Shown: positions 9,413 to 17,602 of the stretch, in pieces
How the letters are laid out: each line of letters starts with the position of its first letter
Position numbering within the stretch: position 1 is the stretch's first letter
NCBI RefSeq assembly: GCF_001457595.1
Contig: NZ_LN831039.1
Location: 2,370,001 to 2,402,000, forward strand
Direction: 5' to 3'
Length of the DNA stretch: 32,000 bases
Origin: Mycolicibacterium smegmatis
GTDB lineage: Bacteria > Actinomycetota > Actinomycetes > Mycobacteriales > Mycobacteriaceae
The notes under the pieces: generated by a model
The model's input: the letters and a program-made list of their open reading frames with translations, nothing else
The model's database searches: none
What the model was told of the DNA's origin: nothing
Translations under genes and position numbers: made by a program

Positions 9413-10234
9413 GTGAGCGTCGCAGAAACCGGCACGAGCGATGCCGTGCGCTACGAGGTCAACGATGCCGGCGTCGCGGTGATCACGCTCAACCGCCCCG
9501 AGCGGCTCAACTCCTGGGGCGCCGACATCTCCGCCGGTGTCTACGCGAGCTTCGACCGCGCCGAGGCCGATCCGGCCGTGCGGGCGATCGTGCTGACCGG
9601 CACGGGGCGGGGGTTCTGCGCCGGCGCCTACATGGGTGAAATGGCCTCGCTCGGCGAATCGATCAGCGGCGACACCGATGTCAGCAAGATCGTCGGCGAG
9701 CGTCACCCGCATTTCCTCACCACGCTGCGCAAGCCGGTGATCGCCGCGATCAACGGCGCCTGCGTCGGCATCGGTCTGACCCACGCGTTGATGTGCGACA
9801 TCCGATTCGCCGCGGCAGGAGCCAAGTTCGCCACCGCATTCCCGCGCCGCGGGCTCATCGGGGAGTACGGCATCACCTGGATCCTGCCGCGCCTGGCGGG
9901 CTGGGGCGCCGCGGCGGACCTGCTGCTGTCAGGCCGGACGTTCCTCGCCGAGGAGGCCTTGCAGCTCGGTCTGGTCAAAGAAGTCGTCGAACCCGAGAAC
10001 CTGCTGACTCGCGCCCTGGAGTACGCCGAAGACCTCGCGCGCAACTGCTCACCGGCGTCGATGGCCGTCATCAAGCGTCAGCTCTACGGCGACGCGACCG
10101 ATGTGGTCACCGACGTCAGTGACCGCGCCGTGACGCTCATGCACGAATCGATGGTGCGTCCCGACCTCATCGAGGGCATCACCGCGTTCTTCGAGAAACG
10201 CCCACCGAACTTCCCGCCGCTCGCCGCCGAGTAA
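9413..10234 (+). CDS. Crotonase-fold protein (enoyl-CoA hydratase/isomerase family), both canonical Glu absent
   Basis: GTG 9413. VRYEVNDAGVAVITLNRPERLNSW...GRGFCAGAYMGE, KPVIAAINGACVGIGLTHALMCD, FATAFPRRGLIGEYG. Confidence 0.88.
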   Translation: MSVAETGTSDAVRYEVNDAGVAVITLNRPERLNSWGADISAGVYASFDRAEADPAVRAIVLTGTGRGFCAGAYMGEMASLGESISGDTDVSKIVGERHPHFLTTLRKPVIAAINGACVGIGLTHALMCDIRFAAAGAKFATAFPRRGLIGEYGITWILPRLAGWGAAADLLLSGRTFLAEEALQLGLVKEVVEPENLLTRALEYAEDLARNCSPASMAVIKRQLYGDATDVVTDVSDRAVTLMHESMVRPDLIEGITAFFEKRPPNFPPLAAE

Positions 10235-10248
10235 ACCAAAGGACCGCC

Positions 10249-11499
10249 ATGACCACCGACCCGGAACGGTTGCCCTACCTGGCCGTCGACGTCGACAACC
10301 ACTACTACGAACCACTGGATGCGTTCACACGACACCTGCCCAAGGAGTTCCGCAGCCGCGGAGTGCAGATGCTGACCGACGGCAAGCGCACGTACGCGGT
10401 GTTCGGCGGCGTGGTCAACCACTTCATCCCGAACCCGTCGTTCGACCCCATCATCGAACCGGGCTGCCTGGATCTGCTGTTCCGCGGCGAGGTTCCCGAA
10501 GGCGTCGATCCGGCGTCGCTGATGAAGGTCGACCGCCTGACCGACCATCCCGAGTACCAGAACCGCGATGCCCGGGTGGCGGTGCTGGACCGCCAGCGCC
10601 TGGAGACGGTGTTCATGCTGCCGACCTTCGCGTGCGGTGTCGAGGAGGGCCTCAAGCACGACATCGGCGCCACCATGGCATCGATCCACGCCTTCAACCT
10701 GTGGCTCGACGAGGACTGGGGCTTCGACCGTCCCGACGGCCGTATCATCGCCGCGCCGATCATCTCGCTGGCCGATCCCGAAAAGGCCGTCGGGGAAGTG
10801 GAATTCGTGCTCGGCCGCGGCGCCAAGCTTGTCTGCGTGCGGCCCGCACCGGTGCCGGGACTCGTGCGCCCGCGCTCACTGGGCGACCCCGTGCACGACC
10901 CGGTGTGGGCGCGCCTGGCCGAGGCCGGCGTGCCCGTGGTGTTCCACCTTTCCGACTCCGGGTACATGGCGATCCCCGCACTGTGGGGAGGTAGCGGGGT
11001 GTTCAAGGGCTTCGGCAAGCGCGACCCGCTGGACATGGTGATCATGGACGACCGCGCCATCCACGACACCATCGCCTCGATGATCGTGCACCAGGTGTTC
11101 ACGCGGCATCCGAAACTCAAAGTCGTCAGCATCGAGAACGGGTCGTACTTCGTCTACCGACTCATCAAGCGGCTCAAGAAATCCGCCAACAACGCGCCGT
11201 ACCACTACAAGGAAGATCCGGTCGAGCAGCTCAAGAACCACGTGTGGATCGCGCCGTACTACGAGGACGACGTCAAGCTGCTCGCCGACACCATCGGCGT
11301 GGACAAGATACTGTTCGGCTCGGACTGGCCGCACGGGGAAGGCCTGGCGGATCCGACCTCTTTCACCGCCGACATCCCACAGTTCCCCGAATTCAGCCAC
11401 GAGGACACCCGTAGGGTCATGCGGCACAACGCACTGGAACTGCTCGGCGACCCCGACCGCACCGCGCCGGGCGCGCGTCACCTGGCCGCCTCGGTGTAG
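10249..11499 (+). CDS. Amidohydrolase_2 (PF04909-type metal-dependent hydrolase/decarboxylase fold), long form
   Basis: ATG 10249 with AAAGGA upstream. The N-terminal metal motif region is AVDVDNHYYEP and the C-terminal region is LFGSDWPHGEGLADP. It is a paralogue of 16274..17509. Confidence 0.85.
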   Translation: MTTDPERLPYLAVDVDNHYYEPLDAFTRHLPKEFRSRGVQMLTDGKRTYAVFGGVVNHFIPNPSFDPIIEPGCLDLLFRGEVPEGVDPASLMKVDRLTDHPEYQNRDARVAVLDRQRLETVFMLPTFACGVEEGLKHDIGATMASIHAFNLWLDEDWGFDRPDGRIIAAPIISLADPEKAVGEVEFVLGRGAKLVCVRPAPVPGLVRPRSLGDPVHDPVWARLAEAGVPVVFHLSDSGYMAIPALWGGSGVFKGFGKRDPLDMVIMDDRAIHDTIASMIVHQVFTRHPKLKVVSIENGSYFVYRLIKRLKKSANNAPYHYKEDPVEQLKNHVWIAPYYEDDVKLLADTIGVDKILFGSDWPHGEGLADPTSFTADIPQFPEFSHEDTRRVMRHNALELLGDPDRTAPGARHLAASV

Positions 11500-11502
11500 C
11501 CG

Positions 11503-13131
11503 ATGCCCGAGTGGACGATAGGCGGTGTCGTCGACGCCATCGCCGAGGCCGTTCCGGACCGCGAGATGACGGTGTGCGGCGCGCGCCGCACAACGTTCGC
11601 GCAGGGCGCCGACCGCACACGCCGGATCGCCAATTTCCTTGCCGGCCAAGGACTGGGCGCGCACCGCGAACGCCGCGAGCTCAACCGGTGGGAGTGCGGC
11701 CAGGACCGTGTCGCGCTCATCATGCACAACGACCAGTACCCGGACCTGGTGATCGGATGCCTCAAGGCGCGCACCGTGCCGGTCAATGTCAACTACTACT
11801 ACTCGCCGCGCGAGGTCGCCGAACTGCTGGATCATCTGCGGCCCAGCGCCGTGGTGTACCACCGTTCCCTCGGAGCGAAATTCGCCGACGTGCTGCCGCC
11901 GCGGAGCGCGCGCCTGCTGATCTGCGTCGACGACGGACCCGGACCCGACCTACCGGGTGCGATCCCGCTCGACGACGCACTGGCACAAAGTGGTTCGGAC
12001 TGTGTGGCGCCCGCATCCCCCGACGATTTGCTGATGATCTGCACGGGTGGCACCACCGGCAGGCCCAAGGCGGTCATGTGGCGCCAGGGCGACATCTACG
12101 TGTCATCGATGAACGGCGCCGACCACGACGACGCATCCGAGATCCACGCCAAGGTCGCCAACGCGGGTCCACCGTGGTTCGCGGTGTCGCCGCTCATGCA
12201 CGCCGCCGGCCTGTGGACGGCGTTCTCGGGTCTGCTCTCCGGGCAGACCGTCGTACTTCACGACACCAAGCCGAGATTCGATCCACGCGCGGTGCTCGAG
12301 ACCGCCGAGCGCGAGAAGGTCGGACTGATGACCATGGTGGGCGACGCGTACGCGGCGCCGATCGTCGAGGAACTTCGCCGCCGCACCTACGATCTGTCGT
12401 CGCTGTTCGCGATCGGCACCGGCGGCGCGGCCACCAACCTCAAACATCAGCAGGCGCTGTTGGACCACATCCCGCAGATCACGCTGATCAACGGCTTCGG
12501 ATCGTCGGAGACCGGCAACATGGGCTTCGGCCACAGTCAGCGGGGAAACCACGCCGAGACGTTCCAGTTGCGGGCCGGCGGGTTGGTGCTGGCCGAGGAC
12601 CACTCGCGGTTTCTGACGCCGGGGGAGCAGGGTGTGGGCTGGGTCGCGCGCAACGGCCGGATCCCGTTGGGCTACTTCGACGATGAGGCCGCCACCGCCA
12701 ACACCTTCCCCGAGGTCGAGGGGCAACGGGTCGTCGTCTCCGGCGACCGCGCTGCGTTGGAGGCCGACGGCACCCTGCGCCTGTACGGCCGTGACTCGCT
12801 CGTGGTCAACACCGGCGGCGAGAAGGTGTTCGTCGAAGAGGTCGAAGAAGTGCTGCGGGCCCACGCCGCGGTTGCCGACGCGCTGGTGGTCGGCAGACCC
12901 AGTGAACGCTGGGGTGAGGAGATCGTGGCGATCGTGGCGTTGCGGGACAACCACGGTTCGGACCATGACGTGACGGGCGAGGCACTGCGCGAGCACTGCT
13001 CGACGCGGCTGGCACGGTTCAAGACGCCCAAGGACGTGATGTTCGTCGAACAGGTCCGCAGGCTGGGGAACGGGAAGGCCGACTACCGGTGGGCGAAAGC
13101 CCATGCCGCGCAACGGGTGGAGATGGCATGA
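11503..13131 (+). CDS. Acyl-CoA synthetase (AMP-dependent ligase, FadD-like)
   Basis: ATG 11503, 3 nt after the stop of the preceding gene. LLMICTGGTTGRPKAVMWRQGDIY, GSSETG, GDRAALEADGTLRLYGRDSLVVNTGGEKV, LGNGKADYRWA. It is a paralogue of 26393..28045. Confidence 0.92.
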   Translation: MPEWTIGGVVDAIAEAVPDREMTVCGARRTTFAQGADRTRRIANFLAGQGLGAHRERRELNRWECGQDRVALIMHNDQYPDLVIGCLKARTVPVNVNYYYSPREVAELLDHLRPSAVVYHRSLGAKFADVLPPRSARLLICVDDGPGPDLPGAIPLDDALAQSGSDCVAPASPDDLLMICTGGTTGRPKAVMWRQGDIYVSSMNGADHDDASEIHAKVANAGPPWFAVSPLMHAAGLWTAFSGLLSGQTVVLHDTKPRFDPRAVLETAEREKVGLMTMVGDAYAAPIVEELRRRTYDLSSLFAIGTGGAATNLKHQQALLDHIPQITLINGFGSSETGNMGFGHSQRGNHAETFQLRAGGLVLAEDHSRFLTPGEQGVGWVARNGRIPLGYFDDEAATANTFPEVEGQRVVVSGDRAALEADGTLRLYGRDSLVVNTGGEKVFVEEVEEVLRAHAAVADALVVGRPSERWGEEIVAIVALRDNHGSDHDVTGEALREHCSTRLARFKTPKDVMFVEQVRRLGNGKADYRWAKAHAAQRVEMA

Positions 13132-13982
13132 CGGAATCACCGGCGGGGCGGGCCATCGACTGCCTGGCCAACGTGCACTTCGGTGAGACGCAGAATCAGC
13201 CTGCGTTCATGACCAAGGTCCGCGACGACTACTTCAAGGGCCCGAAGTCGATGTACGACCCGATCGACCTCGGCGCACTGCTCGAGGAGATGGACGCCAA
13301 CGGCGTCGAACGCGCGATCCTCATGGACAACCTCACCAAGCCGTCGGTCACGGCACGCAAGTTCGTGGAGGCCCACCCCGAACGGTTCGCCCTCGCGATG
13401 GGCGGGGTGAATCTGCTGCGCCCCATCCCGTCGCTGCGCGAGTTGGCCGCCGCGGTCCGCGACCTGCCTGTCGCGTACGCGGTTGTGGGGCCGAGCTTCT
13501 GGGGCGACGGCCAGTATCCGCCCAGCGACGCCGTGTACTACCCGCTGTACACCAAGTGCGCCGAACTGGACCTGCCGCTGTGCGTCAACACCGGCCTGCC
13601 CGGGCCGCCGATTCCCGGTGAGGTGCAGAACCCCATCCACCTGGACCGGGTGTGCGTGCGGTTCCCCGAACTGAGGCTGTGCATGATCCACGGCGCCGAT
13701 CCATGGTGGGACATAGCCATCCGCATGCTGATCAAGTACAAGAACCTGCGGCTGATGACCTCCGCGTGGTCACCGAAACGGCTGCCGGAGAGCCTGTTGC
13801 ACTACATGCGCACGCGCGGCCCGGACAAGATCATCTTCGCCTCCGATTTCCCGGTGCTGCGGATGAACCGCGTGGTCCCCGAGGCGCGCGCGCTGGATCT
13901 GCCGCCCGACGTACTCGACAACTACCTCTACCACAACGCCGCGGAGTTCTTCTTCGGCGGTCGCCAACCACAGGAGTTCTGA
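13128..13982 (+). CDS. Amidohydrolase_2 (PF04909-type), short form
   Basis: ORF 13089..13982 trimmed to ATG 13128, which overlaps the ligase stop as ATGA. MTESPAGRAIDCLANVHFGE..., GVERAILMDN, IIFASDFPVL. Confidence 0.82.
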   Translation: MTESPAGRAIDCLANVHFGETQNQPAFMTKVRDDYFKGPKSMYDPIDLGALLEEMDANGVERAILMDNLTKPSVTARKFVEAHPERFALAMGGVNLLRPIPSLRELAAAVRDLPVAYAVVGPSFWGDGQYPPSDAVYYPLYTKCAELDLPLCVNTGLPGPPIPGEVQNPIHLDRVCVRFPELRLCMIHGADPWWDIAIRMLIKYKNLRLMTSAWSPKRLPESLLHYMRTRGPDKIIFASDFPVLRMNRVVPEARALDLPPDVLDNYLYHNAAEFFFGGRQPQEF

Positions 13983-13986
13983 GGCC

Positions 13987-15036
13987 ATGGATCGTTACGA
14001 ACTGCGCAGGCTCGACTACAGCCTGTCCGAGGATCACATCGACCTGCAGAACGCATACCGGCAGTTCTTCAAGACCCACTGCTCGATAGAGGCCGTACGC
14101 GCTGCCGAGGCAACAGGATTCGACAAGAGCCTGTGGGAACGGCTGTGCGCGATGGGGGCCACCACGATGGCGCTGCCGGAGTCCGTCGGCGGTGACGGCG
14201 CGACCCTGGTCGACCTGACGCTGGTCGCCGAGGAGATCGGGCGGGCGCTGGCGCCCGTGCCGTGGATCGACCACGTCGTCGCCGCCCGGCTGCTGGATCG
14301 GCTCGGCGCACTGCCTCCGAGGTCGGAGATCCTCGACGGCACACACTTGGTCGGATTCGACGCACAGCAGGTGCCGCCCACCGGTTCCCGGCTGATCGGG
14401 TCCGCGTCGATCGCCGACCACATCGTCATCCGCGACGGCGACGACGTGGTGCAGCTGAGCTTCTCGACGCGTCCAACCAAGGTGGACAACATCGGAAAGC
14501 TGCCGATGGCGTGGGTCGACCCGGCCGCCGCCGACCACCGCGTCGTCCTGGGCAGCGGGCCCCAAGCGCTCGCGCACCATCAGCGTGCCCTCGACGAGTG
14601 GCGGCTGCTGACCGCAGCGGCGTTGGTGGGGCTGGTCGAGGAGACCATGACCATCGCGGCCGAGTTCGCGAAAACCCGTTACACACTGGGTGTCCCGATA
14701 TCCACGCTGCAGGCCATCTCGCACCCCCTGGCCAACATGGCGATCACGGTCCGCAGCGGTCGCGGCCTGTCGCACCGGGCCGCGTGGTTCCTGGACAACG
14801 AGCCCGACGAACGCCCCGAGCTCGCGCCGTCGGCCTTCGTTTTCATGGCCGAGGAGGCCGCGAAGGCCGCGACCATGGCCGTGCACATCCAGGGTGGGCT
14901 GGGGGTGTCGGCCGAGGCCGCCGCGACGGCCTACCTGGTGCGGGCGCGGGGCTGGCCGCTGGCCGGCGGCGATCCGGGGGCGACGGCAGTGCACATCGCC
15001 GACATCGTCGCCACGCGCGAAGCCGCTCAGGTCTAG
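13987..15036 (+). CDS. Acyl-CoA dehydrogenase-fold protein, probable non-catalytic partner subunit
   Basis: ATG 13987. LSEDHIDLQNAYRQFFKTHC..., LPESVGGDGATLVDLTLVAEEIGRA. It is short (349 aa). I see no TEPxxGSD FAD-contact motif. The helix-G position reads LDEWRL, with Trp where IVD/LCAD-type enzymes have Glu. Confidence 0.8.
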   Translation: MDRYELRRLDYSLSEDHIDLQNAYRQFFKTHCSIEAVRAAEATGFDKSLWERLCAMGATTMALPESVGGDGATLVDLTLVAEEIGRALAPVPWIDHVVAARLLDRLGALPPRSEILDGTHLVGFDAQQVPPTGSRLIGSASIADHIVIRDGDDVVQLSFSTRPTKVDNIGKLPMAWVDPAAADHRVVLGSGPQALAHHQRALDEWRLLTAAALVGLVEETMTIAAEFAKTRYTLGVPISTLQAISHPLANMAITVRSGRGLSHRAAWFLDNEPDERPELAPSAFVFMAEEAAKAATMAVHIQGGLGVSAEAAATAYLVRARGWPLAGGDPGATAVHIADIVATREAAQV

Positions 15037-15061
15037 GACGCAGGTCGAACAGGAAGCCCAC

Positions 15062-16252
15062 ATGGACTTTTCACACGTTGAGCTCTCATCCGAGGACGCG
15101 GCGTTCCGCGAGGAACTGCGCGCGTTCCTGGCGCAGATCGTCACCGAGGACGTCATCCGGCGCGACCGTGAAACCGGTGACAACTTCGATGAGGGCGTGC
15201 ACCTGGCGCTCGGGCAGGCCGGATACCTGGAGCGCGAATTCAAATCCGAGCAGGACGGCGGGTTCACCCGCGTTCAGCGGCGCATTTGGGCGCTGGAGCG
15301 GCGCCGCGCCGAGGTGCCGTGGGTGACATGGGGCACCACCATCATGATCGCCCGGTCGGTCGCCAACTTCGCCTCACCCGAGATCCGCGACGACGTGCTG
15401 CGCGGGGTGTGCGACGGCACCGTGCGGATGTGTCTGGGTTACACCGAACCCGAGGGCGGCTCGGACGTTGCGACGTGCAAGACCCGCGCGGTGCGGGACG
15501 GCGACCAGTGGGTGATAAACGGCTCCAAGATGTTCACCACAGGTGCCCACAACTGCCAGTACGTCTTCCTGATCACCAACACCGACCCGGACGCCCCGAA
15601 ACACAAGAGCCTCACCATGTTCCTGGTGCCGCTGGACACCCCGGGCATCGAGATCCAGGGCATCCGCACCGTCGACGGTGACCGCACCAACATCGTCTAC
15701 TACTCCGACGTGCGTGTCGACGACAAGTACCGCCTCGGTGAGGTCAACGGCGGTTGGTCGGTGGTGCGTGAACCGCTCGACGCCGAGCACGGCGCGGTGG
15801 CCGCGGCCCACGACGGCCTCGACGACGTGGCGATCATGACGCACCAGGCGACATTCATGGCCCACGCCGCCGACAACGTCGCCGCGCTGGTCGGCACGCG
15901 TGACGCCGCCGGCCGCTCACCCGTCGATGACGGCTCGGTCGCATATCGGCTGGGGCGCAGCTTCGCCCGGCTCGAGGCATCGCTGTCCACCCCCAGCATC
16001 TTCGGCCGCGTCGCGATGGCACAGACCATGCGCGACATCTCGCCGGATCTCATGGACATCGCCGGATCGGTGTCCGCGCTGCCGATGGGGGCAGACGGGG
16101 GAGCCGACGACCGCAGCGAGTACATCTACCGCTTCGCGCCACTCGTCGGCATCTACGGCGGCACGCTCGAGGTGTTCCGCAACATGATCGCCCAGCACGT
16201 GCTGCGTCTCGGCAAGCCCAACTACTCGCCGCCCAAAGCCAGGGCCTCCTAG
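15062..16252 (+). CDS. Acyl-CoA dehydrogenase, probable catalytic/FAD-binding subunit
   Basis: ORF 14690..16252 trimmed to ATG 15062 (AGGAAG Shine-Dalgarno). The extension overlaps the previous gene and is Pro/Arg-rich nonsense. GYTEPEGGSDVA, WVINGSKMFTTGA, LDAEHG (Glu at the IVD/LCAD-type position), IYGGTLEVFRNMIA (Gly where MCAD has the catalytic Glu). Confidence 0.9.
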   Translation: MDFSHVELSSEDAAFREELRAFLAQIVTEDVIRRDRETGDNFDEGVHLALGQAGYLEREFKSEQDGGFTRVQRRIWALERRRAEVPWVTWGTTIMIARSVANFASPEIRDDVLRGVCDGTVRMCLGYTEPEGGSDVATCKTRAVRDGDQWVINGSKMFTTGAHNCQYVFLITNTDPDAPKHKSLTMFLVPLDTPGIEIQGIRTVDGDRTNIVYYSDVRVDDKYRLGEVNGGWSVVREPLDAEHGAVAAAHDGLDDVAIMTHQATFMAHAADNVAALVGTRDAAGRSPVDDGSVAYRLGRSFARLEASLSTPSIFGRVAMAQTMRDISPDLMDIAGSVSALPMGADGGADDRSEYIYRFAPLVGIYGGTLEVFRNMIAQHVLRLGKPNYSPPKARAS

Positions 16253-16273
16253 AGCCCTGCTCGGCAGAGAACT

Positions 16274-17509
16274 CTACGAAGACGCCGTGAGTGCCGGCGG
16301 TTTGACCGCGTCGGGATCGGGGCTGGCGATCGGCAGACCCATGAACCGTCGCGCGTTGTCACCCATGAAATCGTAGGTGCGGCGGATGTCCATGCCCTCG
16401 GCGTACTTCCAGTAGCCCTTCGGCTCCGCCAGACCTTCGGGATGCGGGTAATCCGAACCGAACAACACCTTGTCCCATCCGACCGTCTCGACGACGTCGG
16501 CGACACAGCCCTCCCAGAACGGGCTGGCCCAGATGTTGCGCCGGAACACGTCGTGCGGGTGTTCTGGGAAGTTTTGCGGCATCTTCTTGTACAGGTCGGC
16601 GAAATCGCGGAACAGCGGGAAGATCCAGCTGCTGCCGTTCTCGACGCTGGCGATGCGCAGCCTGGGGAACCTGGTGAGCGTGCCGTGGCAGATCAGCGCG
16701 GTGAGCATGTCCGCGATCTCGCGGTGTCCCAGCACCATCCAACGGAAGGCACTCTGCGTCATGAAGTTCTGCGTGTGAGCGGGTTCCCACTTGTTGATGT
16801 AGTCGTCGAGCGGCGGGAAACTTGCGTGCAGCACGATCGGCAGCCCGGCCGCCTCGACGTCACGCCAGAACGGGTCGAACTCGGGCAGCGCGGGTGAGCG
16901 CCAGCCGTGCAGACCGTTGACCGGCCCGGGTTTGATCAGCGCGGCCTTGGCGCCGTGCTCCAGGATCCAGGCCAGTTCCCGTTGTGCAGCCTCGACTTCC
17001 GACAGGTTGATGATCGGCGTGGTGAACAGCCGGTCGGCGTGATTGAACGTCCAGTGCTCCAGGATCCACTCGTTGAGCGCGTGGATGATCGCCAGGGTCA
17101 GCTGCGGATCATCGGCGCTGGAATGCTCGACCAGACTGCCCAGCGTCGGGTAGATGAGGGCCTCGACGACGCCTTGGCGGTCGAGTTCTGCGATGCGGTC
17201 CTCGGGGTTTCGCGTCGCCGCGGGTGCCTCGATCGGCTTGCCCTGCATCTCGCGCAGCGTCAACCCCTCGGTGTTCTCACCGGCGAAGAACTTCTCGTGG
17301 GCACCCGGCGCGGCGACCCGCTCGAACGTGGGGTTGGGGATGAAGTCCGTGACCCGGTTGTTGATCACCACACGAGTCTGACGGCCGATCTGCGCGTACT
17401 GCACGGCCCGCCGGTACCTCTCGGGGAGGAACTTGGTGAGTGCCTCGGCCGTCTCGTACATGTGCTGATCGGCATCGAAGATCGGTGCGTCCGTGAACTG
17501 CTCGGTCAT
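16274..17509 (-). CDS. Amidohydrolase_2 (PF04909-type), long form
   Basis: ORF 16274..17596 trimmed to ATG 17509 (AAGGAA Shine-Dalgarno about 10 nt upstream). The extension would run through the REP-like element. MTEQFTDAPIFDADQHMYE..., LFGSDYPHPEGLAEP. It is a paralogue of 10249..11499. Confidence 0.85.
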   Translation of the reverse strand: MTEQFTDAPIFDADQHMYETAEALTKFLPERYRRAVQYAQIGRQTRVVINNRVTDFIPNPTFERVAAPGAHEKFFAGENTEGLTLREMQGKPIEAPAATRNPEDRIAELDRQGVVEALIYPTLGSLVEHSSADDPQLTLAIIHALNEWILEHWTFNHADRLFTTPIINLSEVEAAQRELAWILEHGAKAALIKPGPVNGLHGWRSPALPEFDPFWRDVEAAGLPIVLHASFPPLDDYINKWEPAHTQNFMTQSAFRWMVLGHREIADMLTALICHGTLTRFPRLRIASVENGSSWIFPLFRDFADLYKKMPQNFPEHPHDVFRRNIWASPFWEGCVADVVETVGWDKVLFGSDYPHPEGLAEPKGYWKYAEGMDIRRTYDFMGDNARRFMGLPIASPDPDAVKPPALTASS

Positions 17510-17533
17510 GTCGGTCGGTTCCTTTTTTCTTGC

Positions 17534-17594
17534 GCGAGCAGACGCGAAACTGCGCATTTTTCTTTCGAAAGAGGGCAGGTTTGCGTCTGCTGGC
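17534..17594. repeat. REP-like palindromic intergenic element, copy 1
   Basis: The arms are GCGAGCAGACGCGAAAC (17534..17550) and GGTTTGCGTCTGCTGGC (17578..17594), 14/17 complementary plus a G-T wobble. It lies inside the operon between the Ltp-like gene stop (17603) and the amidohydrolase start (17509). It shares CGCGAGCAGACRCRAARCTG with copies 2 and 3. Confidence 0.75.
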
Positions 17595-17602
17595 ATGGAA
17601 GT

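Noticed and set aside
14690-15061. Long N-terminal extensions on ORF-track entries. Examples are 14690..16252, 355..2016, 3412..4386, 16274..17596, 18805..21195, 21018..22718, 22751..23659, 24751..26409, 26393..28165, 28065..28913 and 28679..29794.
   Set aside because: The extensions overlap the neighbouring gene in another frame or run through AT-rich operator or REP-like DNA. They translate to Pro/Arg/Gly-rich or low-bias sequence. They are followed by an internal start with a Shine-Dalgarno or an ATGA/GTGA overlap, where homology to the protein family begins.
16250-16276. A weak inverted repeat (TAGAG...CTCTA, CTGC-TCG-GCAG) between the convergent FadE and amidohydrolase stops, as a terminator.
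   Set aside because: The stems are only 4-5 bp with no U-tract, which is too weak to support a call.
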